Of a DNA stretch of 64,000 nucleotides, positions 41,429 through 50,880 are shown piece by piece. Made by a program: the position numbers and the translations under genes. The notes below the pieces were generated by a model that worked only from the letters and a program-made list of their open reading frames with translations, had not been told where the DNA came from and did not search any database. Each line of letters starts with the position of its first letter. Positions within the stretch are counted from its first letter, which is position 1. Origin of the DNA: an uncultured Gammaproteobacteria bacterium (lineage in GTDB: Bacteria > Patescibacteriota > Patescibacteriia > UBA9934); the NCBI GenBank assembly GCA_964344415.1, contig CAYFMS010000002.1, forward strand, positions 192,593 to 256,592, in the 5' to 3' direction.

Positions 41429-43033
41429 CTATTTTTGCTTTACAAACAATTTCACAAAAAGTGTTTCGGGAATGTATATGAACTTTGTACCCCAATAAGA
41501 ATCCTGCAAAGCTCCATGACAATGCTGTTTGCCACACACAATCAAATCCCCATCTTCATTCAATGTATAGATATCTTGAGAATAGTCTGTTCTAAATAAT
41601 ACGGAACCTGCCTTGGGCAGCATTGGATCACCAAGAGGTAGCGTAGTAAGCGTAGCATCGCTCATAATCGATACCTCGTCCATTGAATCGATATATGAAT
41701 ACAATATTTCTTCATTACTGAATGGCCTTCGGTTAAGTTCATCTGTCACATAGTAAACAGTGTCATATGACGCCCCCTTTATAAACATTCCTGAAACTAT
41801 GGGATCTATTGATTCTATATCCTGCAAATCTGAATCTGTATTCTCCACTGTGGATTCATCGTCTATCTGGTCACAGTCATATTCAATTTTATCCAGCACT
41901 TGTGTGAACACCTGCCTCGCATTTTGAGATGTCTTGATTTGCAAGAAAAGAGTTACTTCATTAGATTGCGGGATTATAAATTTAATCCCACCCGCCATGC
42001 TTTGCCAGGGGGAGAATGAGTCAGCACGATCCTCCAATGTATAGCGGTAATCCCAAGATCCTTCCATTTGCGCAAGTTTTACTGAGACTTCTCTACCCTC
42101 TCCGCATATCCATTCAGACTCCACACTTGAAACACTCGTTTGCGGTCTATGTACGGTCGTACTTCCGGAACTTGATTGAGCAGCTAATGTTAGCTCATAA
42201 ATCGTTTCATTGATATACCCCATCACGAACATTTTTGACCCATCCGCATTCATTTCCATCGATGTCACCCATCCATCGGTGCCCGCAAATTCATAATAAG
42301 AATTCTGATTCACGGCAGTTGAAATATCCCAAGCAGTTCCTAGGACAAACCAATGCAATCGTTCATTCGTTGCCGTTTCGAGGTATAAATTCTCACCATT
42401 ATCACTTATGAACATTGCGAGGACTTGCCCATCGCCAAAATTTGGGACATCGAGCGAGACAGTATCATAAGACATTGTTGAAACATCCCAAGGCGTCGAA
42501 AGCGTATATTGAAAAATCTTATCATCATAATCGCTTTGAACATAAAGCTGAGATCCATCTGGATTCGCACCAAAACTGTAATTATTTTGCCCTTCCCCGA
42601 TATAATAACTATTCGAGCTATAGCTTGTCGTGGTTATGTCATATGGCGTCGACATGGTGTATTCGTAAATGCGACGATCATAAAACTCGAGAGCAAGCAG
42701 TTTCGTACCATCATTACTTACGACGATTTCGTCGAGTCCCGAAGAACCAATTTCGGGCAGGTCATACGTCGCTGAATCATAGCTCGCTGTTGTAATGTCG
42801 TATGCTGACGTAAGCGTATACTGAAAAATTTCCCCATCCCAATCACCAATATAGAGCTTTAAACCGTCATTCGAAAATGACATGCTTCTCGGCCCAGATG
42901 TCTCCGAACCAAAATCGAATGTATTTGCCGATAATGTTCCACTCGATACATCGTATGCGACTGCTAGTACAGAAAGTGGCCTGGCAATAAAAAGCATTAG
43001 AATCAGAGCCAAACAAGCAATTATTTTCCTCAT
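41429..43033 (-). CDS. Secreted repeat protein (4+ copies of a ~45-aa YDIT/WDIS-type repeat, probable beta-propeller) with C-terminal domain
   Basis: Signal peptide. Repeats TLTSAYDITTASYDSATYDL / TMSTPYDITTTSYSSNSYYI / TLSTPWDVSTMSYDTVSLDV / VLGTAWDISTAVNQNSYYEF. Confidence 0.5.
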   Translation of the reverse strand: MRKIIACLALILMLFIARPLSVLAVAYDVSSGTLSANTFDFGSETSGPRSMSFSNDGLKLYIGDWDGEIFQYTLTSAYDITTASYDSATYDLPEIGSSGLDEIVVSNDGTKLLALEFYDRRIYEYTMSTPYDITTTSYSSNSYYIGEGQNNYSFGANPDGSQLYVQSDYDDKIFQYTLSTPWDVSTMSYDTVSLDVPNFGDGQVLAMFISDNGENLYLETATNERLHWFVLGTAWDISTAVNQNSYYEFAGTDGWVTSMEMNADGSKMFVMGYINETIYELTLAAQSSSGSTTVHRPQTSVSSVESEWICGEGREVSVKLAQMEGSWDYRYTLEDRADSFSPWQSMAGGIKFIIPQSNEVTLFLQIKTSQNARQVFTQVLDKIEYDCDQIDDESTVENTDSDLQDIESIDPIVSGMFIKGASYDTVYYVTDELNRRPFSNEEILYSYIDSMDEVSIMSDATLTTLPLGDPMLPKAGSVLFRTDYSQDIYTLNEDGDLIVCGKQHCHGALQDSYWGTKFIYIPETLFVKLFVKQK

Positions 43034-43055
43034 ATGAGAGCATTATACCAGTAGA

Positions 43056-43913
43056 TCAATCTCTATTAATAAAGATCTGTGTAATAAAATATTTTCCGTC
43101 ATCTGAACGTGCCGCTCCAATGCCAGTCATGTCATAGAGAGGGTTTTCCAGGCTATTCTTATGCCCCTCGCTTGTTAACCACCAATTGAGAGCCTGCAGT
43201 CCGGGATCACTACTATAATTCCATGCCAGATTCTCCGCCCCGCCATTATATTCTGTGATATGTGTTCTAATTTTAGCGATACGATCATCGAATCCTTCAT
43301 GACTCGGCTCAATACGGCCTGTTGCCATATCTTCGCTATGTTCGCGAGCAATTTCAGCAATAATATCACTCCATTCAAGTGCATGAACACCAATTGATTC
43401 ACGATGATCATTAATAACTTCATGGGTACGCTGCTCGACATGAGCAAATTCTGCCGCTCGATCATCGGTATCATTAACAGCAATTTGAGCTAAATGTTCA
43501 TTCGCTATCCCAAGACCAGCACCGCGCATAATGTCAAAAGCCGCTGAGCCGTCTTTCATATATGTCACTTCGCTTGTAATAGGGTCGACATAATATGCTT
43601 CGCCATGTTGCTCAACCTGCAAGAGAATATATCCACGCACATGATTAAGAATTGAAGCTTCCCCCCGTTGAACGCGCTCTAAATCAGCATCGGTGATTCC
43701 AAGTCCTAGAAATCGCATGATTTCATATGCATCATCGGGACGGCCAAGAAAATACCGGCGCTGATCTTTTGGGTAGATATACCAAGCCTCACCGTTCTCC
43801 TCGACCTGAAGCAAAATCCGACCACTCAAGTCACTTGAAAGCGATGCATGTGCAAAACCAGGTACACTAAAAAACATCAAAACAGACAATGAAATGATAA
43901 GAATATTCTTCAT
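43056..43913 (-). CDS. Secreted CAP-domain (SCP/PR-1/YkwD-like) protein with two N-terminal ~55-aa tandem repeats
   Basis: C-terminal CAP pattern (AENLAWNYSS...GHKNSLENPLYDMTGIGAARSDDGKYFITQIF). N-terminal repeats RILLQVEENGEAWYIYP... and YILLQVEQHGEAYYVDP... Confidence 0.6.
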   Translation of the reverse strand: MKNILIISLSVLMFFSVPGFAHASLSSDLSGRILLQVEENGEAWYIYPKDQRRYFLGRPDDAYEIMRFLGLGITDADLERVQRGEASILNHVRGYILLQVEQHGEAYYVDPITSEVTYMKDGSAAFDIMRGAGLGIANEHLAQIAVNDTDDRAAEFAHVEQRTHEVINDHRESIGVHALEWSDIIAEIAREHSEDMATGRIEPSHEGFDDRIAKIRTHITEYNGGAENLAWNYSSDPGLQALNWWLTSEGHKNSLENPLYDMTGIGAARSDDGKYFITQIFINRD

Positions 43914-43943
43914 GTCACAATTATAACATCAAAAACAAAACGT

Positions 43944-44098
43944 TCGTCATTCCTGCGAAAGCAGGAATCCATCGCTCATCGTAATACACTGGGTCCCCCG
44001 CCTTCGCTCTCCGAGCTACGGCGGACAGGCACGGCTGGAATGACGCGAAGCTCCTAAAATCTCTCCAATCTCCTAAATCTCTTTTTTCTCCTTCCCCG
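43944..44098. repeat. Dispersed GC-rich repeat family member B (perfect hairpin + cccgccttcgctc/gagctacggcgg module + ggaatgacgcgaagctc/AATCTC module)
   Basis: attcctgcgaaagcaggaat hairpin at 43949-43968. cccgccttcgctctccgagctacggcggacaggcacgg resembles 62585-62640, 62920-62960 (RC) and 60215-60245 (RC). ggctggaatgacgcgaagctcctaaaatctctccaatctcctaaatctc resembles 30765-30830. Confidence 0.6.
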
Positions 44099-44146
44099 AC
44101 CGTACTAACTTTACTCACTTTTTTAACTTTCCCCGCTTTCCTTACT

Positions 44147-44380
44147 TTATTTCTTCTTACACAGTTTGCAATTTTTACACCAACCAAGAAGTTTAAACAG
44201 TGTGCCTACCGCCGCAATACCAACGACGATATAAATCCCGCGCTCTAACCATTCATATGAACCAAAAAGCTCGGTAACAAGATTATATTCAAAAGCACCT
44301 ACCAAAAACCAATTGAGTCCACCGATCACGAGAACCCAGTCGCAAATCTGACAAAGCGAACATGTTGAGCAATTTTTCAT
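44147..44380 (-). CDS. DUF378-family small membrane protein
   Basis: LVIGGLNWFLVGAFEYNLVTELFG...IYIVVGIAAV matches the DUF378 pattern. Confidence 0.6.
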   Translation of the reverse strand: MKNCSTCSLCQICDWVLVIGGLNWFLVGAFEYNLVTELFGSYEWLERGIYIVVGIAAVGTLFKLLGWCKNCKLCKKK

Positions 44381-44451
44381 ATGATTACGATTATGATTAA
44401 GTTAATGTTAGTATATCAATCAAGAATTACTTAACGATAATTTATCCACTT

Positions 44452-44682
44452 ATGAAAAAAACTACATGTAACGCTTTGCGGGGAGCTTGTGATGTAATTA
44501 TCACAGGATCAACGCCAGAAGAAATGGGAAATAATTCAAAAAAACATGTTATGGAAATGGTTGCTGCGGGTGACCAGGCTCACCTTACCGCCATCGAAGA
44601 CATGAAAAAGCTCAGTCCAGAGGAGCAGCAAAAATGGTATCAGGAGTTCTTAGCAAGTTTTGATTCACTACCTCAAGCCTAA
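44452..44682 (+). CDS. DUF1059-like small protein
   Basis: 76 aa with C..C-D...GST-EE layout, a short helical protein; weak family match. Confidence 0.4.
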   Translation: MKKTTCNALRGACDVIITGSTPEEMGNNSKKHVMEMVAAGDQAHLTAIEDMKKLSPEEQQKWYQEFLASFDSLPQA

Positions 44683-44693
44683 AGCAACTAAAT

Positions 44694-45140
44694 ATGAAAA
44701 TTGAAGCACAAACATTGATCAAATCAGATATTGAAACTGTTTTTGATGTTTTTACGGATTTAGAACATGCCGAAGAGCGTATTCAGGGAATCAAAAACAT
44801 CGAAATCATCGATCCTCCTGCACAAATGCAGGTCGGTACGAAGTGGCGCGAAACACGCGTCATGTTTGGGAAGGAAGCGGATGAAACAATGTGGGTTACG
44901 GAATTAAATCCGAATAAAAATTATGTCGTCGAGGCCGAGTCGCACGGAACGCATTATCGCAGCGAGTATAATTTTGAGGAAACGGATGAAGGTATTTTGG
45001 TAAAAATGAGCTTTGAAGGAATCCCTCTTAGTTTTGCATCAAAATTAATGGGCTTTATGTTCATTTTCTTTGCAAAGTCTACAAAAAAGCTGCTCGAACA
45101 GGACATGAAGGATTTGAAGCAGTTCATTGAGAAATCCTAA
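44694..45140 (+). CDS. SRPBCC (Bet v1-like / polyketide-cyclase-like) domain protein
   Basis: 148 aa, beginning IEAQTLIKSDIETVFDVFTDLEH; SRPBCC topology. Confidence 0.55.
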   Translation: MKIEAQTLIKSDIETVFDVFTDLEHAEERIQGIKNIEIIDPPAQMQVGTKWRETRVMFGKEADETMWVTELNPNKNYVVEAESHGTHYRSEYNFEETDEGILVKMSFEGIPLSFASKLMGFMFIFFAKSTKKLLEQDMKDLKQFIEKS

Positions 45141-45248
45141 GATCCAGCGAAGGGAGTTCCGAAGATTCCAACTGCTAATTCAGCCCAGATCAACATCAGA
45201 AGCAAGACAATAGTAAGTAAAGCGACTATTTTACCGATTTTCATATAC

Positions 45249-45614
45249 TTAATTCTTCCGTAAAATGTTATCCATTGACTTCCCTTTCGCAAGTTCATCA
45301 ATCAATTTGTCGAAATAGCGAATTTCACGCATAGTTTTTTCTTTTACATCCTCGACGCGTATACCACAAACGACACCTTTAATCAGTTTTCGATTAGGAT
45401 TGAGTGCCGGAGCTCCTTTTATAAAGGTCTCAAAATCTGTTTCCTTTTTAAGCTGAGCTCCGAGTTGTTTTTTCGTATACCCCGTTAGCCAAAGAATAAT
45501 TTCATCTACTTCCTTTTTGGTTCTTCCCTTCTTTTCAGCCTTGGTAATGTAATGAGGGTAAATACTAGCGAAGCTCATTTTGTAAACTGAATGCTTTTTT
45601 GGCATATACATCAA
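45249..45614 (-). CDS. DUF2200-family protein
   Basis: [38 protein letters not shown] is a close match to the conserved DUF2200 N-terminus. Confidence 0.55.
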   Translation of the reverse strand: MMYMPKKHSVYKMSFASIYPHYITKAEKKGRTKKEVDEIILWLTGYTKKQLGAQLKKETDFETFIKGAPALNPNRKLIKGVVCGIRVEDVKEKTMREIRYFDKLIDELAKGKSMDNILRKN

Positions 45615-46024
45615 GTAATAATAGATCTCATCGGCTCCTCTATTAATTTTTTAAGTTTCCGTAAGTACTTGTAATCGAATGGATCAGTTAGATTGCCTCC
45701 TGCAACCCATTCATGATATGTAAGCTCTGTTTCATCAGGCGATAGCGTTCGGTAAGAATATCGGACATGGTAGCCAGAGTTTTTTCTCCGAAGAGTGAAG
45801 ATATTATGCTCTTTCAGTTCAATAACAACATACTCATCCCATACCGATTCATCCGAAGTATTCCGGTAAACTGTGCCAATTTTTGGTGGAAACTCATTTG
45901 ATTTTTCCTCTAATATTCCACAGATCCAAAGATGTGTATTAGCTGGATTGGTTGTGAATTCAAAAACTTCACTTATTGGTGCCTGAATGTTTATTATCAA
46001 CTTAAGTTCATCCATACCGATCAT
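45611..46024 (-). CDS. SRPBCC/AHSA1-like domain protein
   Basis: 137 aa with [25 protein letters not shown], an SRPBCC-type N-terminus. Confidence 0.5.
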   Translation of the reverse strand: MIGMDELKLIINIQAPISEVFEFTTNPANTHLWICGILEEKSNEFPPKIGTVYRNTSDESVWDEYVVIELKEHNIFTLRRKNSGYHVRYSYRTLSPDETELTYHEWVAGGNLTDPFDYKYLRKLKKLIEEPMRSIIT

Positions 46025-46047
46025 TCAATTTGTTCAAATCTGAATCG

Positions 46048-47274
46048 CTATGCTGACATCTCAATCAACATATTCCACGCATCTCTAGGCTCAATGTCCT
46101 CTTCAAGTGCCATGTTATTTACAAGCTCTCCAAATTGATTCAATGCATTCACTGCTTCAAGCGATACCAGATCCGCGTCAATTTTATATTCTTTTACCCA
46201 AGCTTGAATTTCCTCTTCATATTTTTTCTTATAGTAAATCACATCGACATTTTGTATATGTACTTCTTTACCTAACAGCACGCCTTCCCCACCCCAATCA
46301 AGAATCTCTTCTCCTTCTATGGACAGACCTGCAATTGTTGCCTTTTGTTTTGCTTCATTTATACCAAAACTAACCTGATACTCATCAAACCAATGCAATA
46401 CCTGATAGCCGTCATGCGGATTACCACGGCTCGCATAGACATTCCCAAGCTTCTTGTTCACATGTTTCTCTCTTATAACTTCTCCCGTTTGAATTGTAAG
46501 ATTTCTTCTCGTTAGTTCACTACTTGAGAGTAAGCATTGTTGCTCACCAATCCCTGCAAGTGCCGCTGATCCTGTTGTATGACTGTAATCTGGTGCTCTA
46601 TACCCACGATCAATTAAATTCACAATTTCATTCACCACACCTTGCTCTATAAACGTAAATTTTTCTATGAGAATATTGCGTTCAGGCATCAATACCCAAT
46701 CACCATCTGGGTCATGGGATTGTAGTTGACCCATATAAGGATTATCTACGTTACGCCCTGTCGTTCTACCAGAAATAATACGAGAGTCCTGTACAAAACG
46801 TTCATGATAAAATTGAATATATTGAGATATAGCTGCAATTTGTTTTGAAGGCAATTCTCGACAATACGCATTTTTAAAAGCTTCGAAAGATGAAAAATTT
46901 GATAATAATTCCGGAGCCTTCTCTGACTCAAATTGGGATGCCAGATAGAGTTGATACATCAATTCGACAGGTTCAATGTTCTCCACATCTACACCATAAA
47001 ATTGTTCTGTTGCATCGAATAATTCCTGCAGTTTTGTAACAAAATGTGACTCAAGCTGCTCAAGATTCACACTCTCGCGTTCAAGTAATTCATCAAGTGC
47101 AAGGTTAGGAAGTGCCTTGATTTCCGGAATGCGTTGATTTCGTAATTCCATGTTTTCACGAATCGATATATATGCCTCAGGAAGCATGTCTACTTGTTCC
47201 ACTTGATACTCCAAACTCTTCTCCGCTACTTCGACAGATGGTTGCATCTTTTCTTTAAAAGGTTCTCTTTTCAT
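46048..47274 (-). CDS. Hypothetical protein (408 aa), encoded immediately downstream of MutS-HNH, unknown function
   Basis: No recognisable motifs; mixed alpha/beta; a 56-nt gap to the upstream MutS-HNH gene suggests co-transcription. Confidence 0.45.
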   Translation of the reverse strand: MKREPFKEKMQPSVEVAEKSLEYQVEQVDMLPEAYISIRENMELRNQRIPEIKALPNLALDELLERESVNLEQLESHFVTKLQELFDATEQFYGVDVENIEPVELMYQLYLASQFESEKAPELLSNFSSFEAFKNAYCRELPSKQIAAISQYIQFYHERFVQDSRIISGRTTGRNVDNPYMGQLQSHDPDGDWVLMPERNILIEKFTFIEQGVVNEIVNLIDRGYRAPDYSHTTGSAALAGIGEQQCLLSSSELTRRNLTIQTGEVIREKHVNKKLGNVYASRGNPHDGYQVLHWFDEYQVSFGINEAKQKATIAGLSIEGEEILDWGGEGVLLGKEVHIQNVDVIYYKKKYEEEIQAWVKEYKIDADLVSLEAVNALNQFGELVNNMALEEDIEPRDAWNMLIEMSA

Positions 47275-47330
47275 ATGATGTATATATTATCATGAACAAA
47301 TGTTGGGTGACGACAAATACCTCGTACTAT

Positions 47331-50321
47331 TTAAGCATCAACATCGAGCTCTAGGCCCGCGCTCGTCATTTTAAAACCTTTAATATTAACCTCTCCGGCA
47401 TGTACTTTTTTATGGCAAGCCTTGCATAAAGGTACAAGATTGTATTTATGATCCTTGTGAAAATGCTTAATATGACCATGCTCATTGGCATTTTTTTGGG
47501 GGGCAATATGATGGATATCCGATATTATTCCACTACAAAGGGTACAACTTGTGGCATACAAATCGCTATTATAGGTATTAATCTGCTTGTTCGTTAACAA
47601 TGTTAAATCATCTTCTTCTTGAGCAATTTGCTGACGGATTTTGGCAGCTAAAGCGAGGAATTTCTTGTCCATATGCAAAGATTCCGCAAACTCCAAACCA
47701 TAGACACTGCTACCACTCCCGGCTTGTAATGTACGATCAAAAATCAATTTATCCGCTTGTTCATCGTAATGCACATGTAAATGCACACTCACCACTTGAG
47801 GTAGAGATTTCAACAGATCAATGTTATGCAGTTGATGTAGATGGGTGGTAAACATGAACAAAGATCCGATTTCCGAAAGACGCTGTATTGTCGCGGTTAC
47901 AATAGCTAGAGCGGATAGTGTTTCTGTACCTCGACTGATTTCATCACCTAATATGAGACTTTGAGCCGTTGATCGATTAAAAATATTCTTCATTTCCATC
48001 ATTTCCACCGCAAAAGAAGATAGTCCTTTTTCAAAGTTATCCCTTGCAATAATGCGAGTGAAGATTTCGTGGAAAAGAGTGAATCTCATTTGTTTGGCTG
48101 GAACATAAAAACCGCTCTGAGCCAAAATGACACAAATACCCAAGCTTTTCATGAGCGAAGACTTACCGCTCGAGTTAATTCCATATAATAAAACTCCACG
48201 CGTATCTTCATCCGTCATCTGCGCCATGGTGCAAGAAGCAATTGACGCTTCCTGCAATGACTTGTCGCCCATCACTACGTCATTTGGAACATAAATCCCA
48301 TTTTCTTCACGAGCTTCCACCAGTGGATGTCTAACCTCTAATAATTCTAAATACGACGTTTGCTCATGGCTCGTAATTATTTGCGGGCGAACTAAATTAT
48401 GCAGCAAAGAAGATTTGATATTCGAAAGGGCTACATCAATCTTTCCAATCGTCGTGATGAGCGTATTCATCAACTCAGAATATTGTGTATCGAGTCGCTC
48501 TAATTCAGTATGGAAAAAATTACGGACTAATGCAGAGATCTTTTTATTCAAGAGCGTAATTTGTTCAGAAATATCACCAATAATTTTTGCTGTGATTTTA
48601 ACATTGCCCGTTTGAATCTTTACCGTGAAATCGTTCAGTGCATACACCGTGCCATCAATCGAAACAAAGCTATCAGATAACATTTGTTCAATTAAAAAGT
48701 ACCTGCTTTTTGTGATTGAAATATGATGTCCTTCCTTTTCAAGATGCTTAATCACGACATAATCTCGTTCAGGTTTGCCGGTTTGTTGTTCAATCAAGTG
48801 GACAAATTCAGTCCTAATTGTTTCCAATTTCTCCTGAAGTTCATTCTTTTGCTTGATAAGACTATCGATCTCAGCATTAAATCCAGCTTGAAAAAAACTT
48901 TGACTAATTTCACCTTGTGAGTACTTGCTGGTTTCATCCAAATTGAAAATTGCTTCCAAATCAAGAATAGCTTTTTCGAGTAGTGGCTGCTGCTCGACAA
49001 GTTCCGGTAGAATCGACGAACCGTCAATACTGGCCAAATGCATTAAGATGCTTTTACTCGCAATCAAAGAATCATAGAGAAAATTGATTTCAAAAGGATG
49101 CAGGCGACCAAGCTGAATACGACGTTTTAAGCGATCAATATCATAAATATGTTTCAGTTCCGCATCGATTTCTGCATAGATAAAAATTAGCGCATCGGAA
49201 AGATCATAACGAGCTTCAAGCTCCGTTTGGTCAATGATTGGATTCATGAGCCGTTCCCTGAATAGGCGGCGACCAAGGCTGGTACGAGTATTATCGAAAA
49301 AACTTAATACGGTCTGTTCATTTGGGTTAGATGAAATAATATTGAGTTGCTCGAGTGGATTATTGCCCAAATATAGGAAGTTTTTGTCATTAATATGCTG
49401 TGGTTCGATAATATTTTTTACCACTTCCCTGTCATGCTCAATAATAAATTCAAGCAAAATTGCCAAAGCTTCCGCTGCCAAAGGTTTTTTCTCTAGGTTT
49501 AAATACTCAATCGACGACAAAAACGATTTAATTTCATAGCAATGTTTAAATAATTCATTCTGATAGCTAATAGATAAACGTTTATTGTCAGTATGAACAT
49601 TCAGACTCTCCGATAGCTCCAGATATTGCTGAACAGTTTCTGGAACAAGATCCTTACCTCCACATGTTAGGAGAACTTCATTTGGTTCATGTGATTTAAG
49701 TAAAGAAAAAAGCTGGTCTAATGCATACGTGGAGTCCTCCTGAGTGCTGTGGATTTCAAAAACTGAAGTTCTACCAGTGGTAACGTCAATTGCTGCATAG
49801 CCAACCGAGTAATTGTCCTTATGCTTCTCAACAATTAAAGAAGTGGTGAAATTGTCATCATTATTGAGAGTATATTCAAAGTTAACACCGGGAGATAAAA
49901 TATTGTCCAAGTAACGTGTTACATTTGGTGGTGCGCCTTTTTGCTTGATAATGACAATCGTGTATTTATTTTCGCGAATCAGTTTTTGAACATAGCGATC
50001 GAATGTGGCCGTAGGAAAACCAGCCATAAGTGGATTTTTGACATTGTTTTCCTGAATGTTTTTATTCTTTCGCGTTAATTGAATATTCAAAATTTCAGCA
50101 ATTTCTTTTGGTTTACCAATTTGCTTCGTCGCATTATCAACTCCGTAAATTTCAAAAAATGACCCGATTTCCATCAGCACAACTGTGTCAGTTCCATACT
50201 TTGCTTCGAACAGCTCTTGTAGCTGTAAATAGATGGCAATCAACGATTGATTCGTGTCATCGAGTAACTCCTGAACACGTGCTTGCATACCCATAATGCT
50301 CTGCATTTTATCAGCTCTCAC
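47331..50321 (-). CDS. MutS-family protein with C-terminal HNH endonuclease domain (MutS7-like architecture)
   Basis: N-terminal mismatch-binding-like domain I (VVLMEIGSFFEIYGVDNA). MutS ATPase domain V (LLYGINSSGKSSLMKSLG...ILGDEISRGTETLSALAI...FTTHLHQL). C-terminal HNH with CTLCSG...HHIAP...HG...N...LCKACHKKVH. 996 aa. Confidence 0.8.
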   Translation of the reverse strand: MRADKMQSIMGMQARVQELLDDTNQSLIAIYLQLQELFEAKYGTDTVVLMEIGSFFEIYGVDNATKQIGKPKEIAEILNIQLTRKNKNIQENNVKNPLMAGFPTATFDRYVQKLIRENKYTIVIIKQKGAPPNVTRYLDNILSPGVNFEYTLNNDDNFTTSLIVEKHKDNYSVGYAAIDVTTGRTSVFEIHSTQEDSTYALDQLFSLLKSHEPNEVLLTCGGKDLVPETVQQYLELSESLNVHTDNKRLSISYQNELFKHCYEIKSFLSSIEYLNLEKKPLAAEALAILLEFIIEHDREVVKNIIEPQHINDKNFLYLGNNPLEQLNIISSNPNEQTVLSFFDNTRTSLGRRLFRERLMNPIIDQTELEARYDLSDALIFIYAEIDAELKHIYDIDRLKRRIQLGRLHPFEINFLYDSLIASKSILMHLASIDGSSILPELVEQQPLLEKAILDLEAIFNLDETSKYSQGEISQSFFQAGFNAEIDSLIKQKNELQEKLETIRTEFVHLIEQQTGKPERDYVVIKHLEKEGHHISITKSRYFLIEQMLSDSFVSIDGTVYALNDFTVKIQTGNVKITAKIIGDISEQITLLNKKISALVRNFFHTELERLDTQYSELMNTLITTIGKIDVALSNIKSSLLHNLVRPQIITSHEQTSYLELLEVRHPLVEAREENGIYVPNDVVMGDKSLQEASIASCTMAQMTDEDTRGVLLYGINSSGKSSLMKSLGICVILAQSGFYVPAKQMRFTLFHEIFTRIIARDNFEKGLSSFAVEMMEMKNIFNRSTAQSLILGDEISRGTETLSALAIVTATIQRLSEIGSLFMFTTHLHQLHNIDLLKSLPQVVSVHLHVHYDEQADKLIFDRTLQAGSGSSVYGLEFAESLHMDKKFLALAAKIRQQIAQEEDDLTLLTNKQINTYNSDLYATSCTLCSGIISDIHHIAPQKNANEHGHIKHFHKDHKYNLVPLCKACHKKVHAGEVNIKGFKMTSAGLELDVDA

Positions 50322-50376
50322 AATAAAATCTAGTAAATAGTAAACATAAAAACCAACCTTACGGTTGATTCTTTGC

Positions 50377-50542
50377 TGGCTCTGGGGGTGATATATAGCC
50401 TCGCTCTATACAAACCTTCGGTTTGACCGCTCGGCAGGATCCCACCCCAGCATCTGTTCCATGAATACCTAGAACATCTGCACAGCCTGACGGCTGTTAA
50501 GCCAAAAGAAAACAACCCTGACGGGTTGCATTCTTTTGGCTC
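50377..50542. repeat. 166-bp direct repeat DR1; begins with a 14-nt copy (tggctctgggggtg) of the tRNA-Asn 3' terminus
   Basis: 3 mismatches in 166 bp versus 56100-56265. Internally it holds a nested hairpin gccaaaagaa...(aaccc tgac gggtt)...ttcttttggc. Confidence 0.85.
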
Positions 50543-50590
50543 CCCGTGTTACATGATTACCGAACTGGTGGATGTGTATCAGATGGTGCA
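50522..50590. repeat. Degenerate tRNA-3'-half-like remnant R1 (ttggctccc...gattaccgaactggtgg)
   Basis: About 70% similar to 52212-52280. It resembles the tRNA-Asn acceptor/T-loop segment (tggctc...ggattcgaaccc) on the same strand. Confidence 0.4.
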
Positions 50591-50880
50591 AAAAAGTATG
50601 AACCGGATTAATGGTTGATCTTTTGTGTCGAATGTAAGCGTGTAAATGATGTCAGAACATTTAAGAACTATAGGGGGTGACCCCCATCCCATGGCCTGGA
50701 TATAACTTATTGTTACGCTCACCGGTTAAAATACAACAATCAACAACCTGAACCCGCTGTTATTTGCGATAGGTCAGGCAAATTATAGTGATCCTTTTTA
50801 TTCTGTATATATTAAAAACCTCCGTAGCTCAGTTGGAGCAATGGAGGTTACGACCCTGTCGTCGGCAGGATCAGATGAGT

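Noticed and set aside
43921-44187. 88-aa ORF on the minus strand
   Set aside because: It is wholly composed of the dispersed repeat element. The IPAFAGMT-like peptide is just the translation of the attcctgcgaaagcaggaat hairpin, and it overlaps the DUF378 gene end.
50818-50875. tRNA-like segment ccgtagctcagttggagcaatggagg
   Set aside because: It resembles a D-arm only. No anticodon or T arm is present. It is probably a hairpin downstream of the GC-rich ORF, or a tRNA gene fragment.
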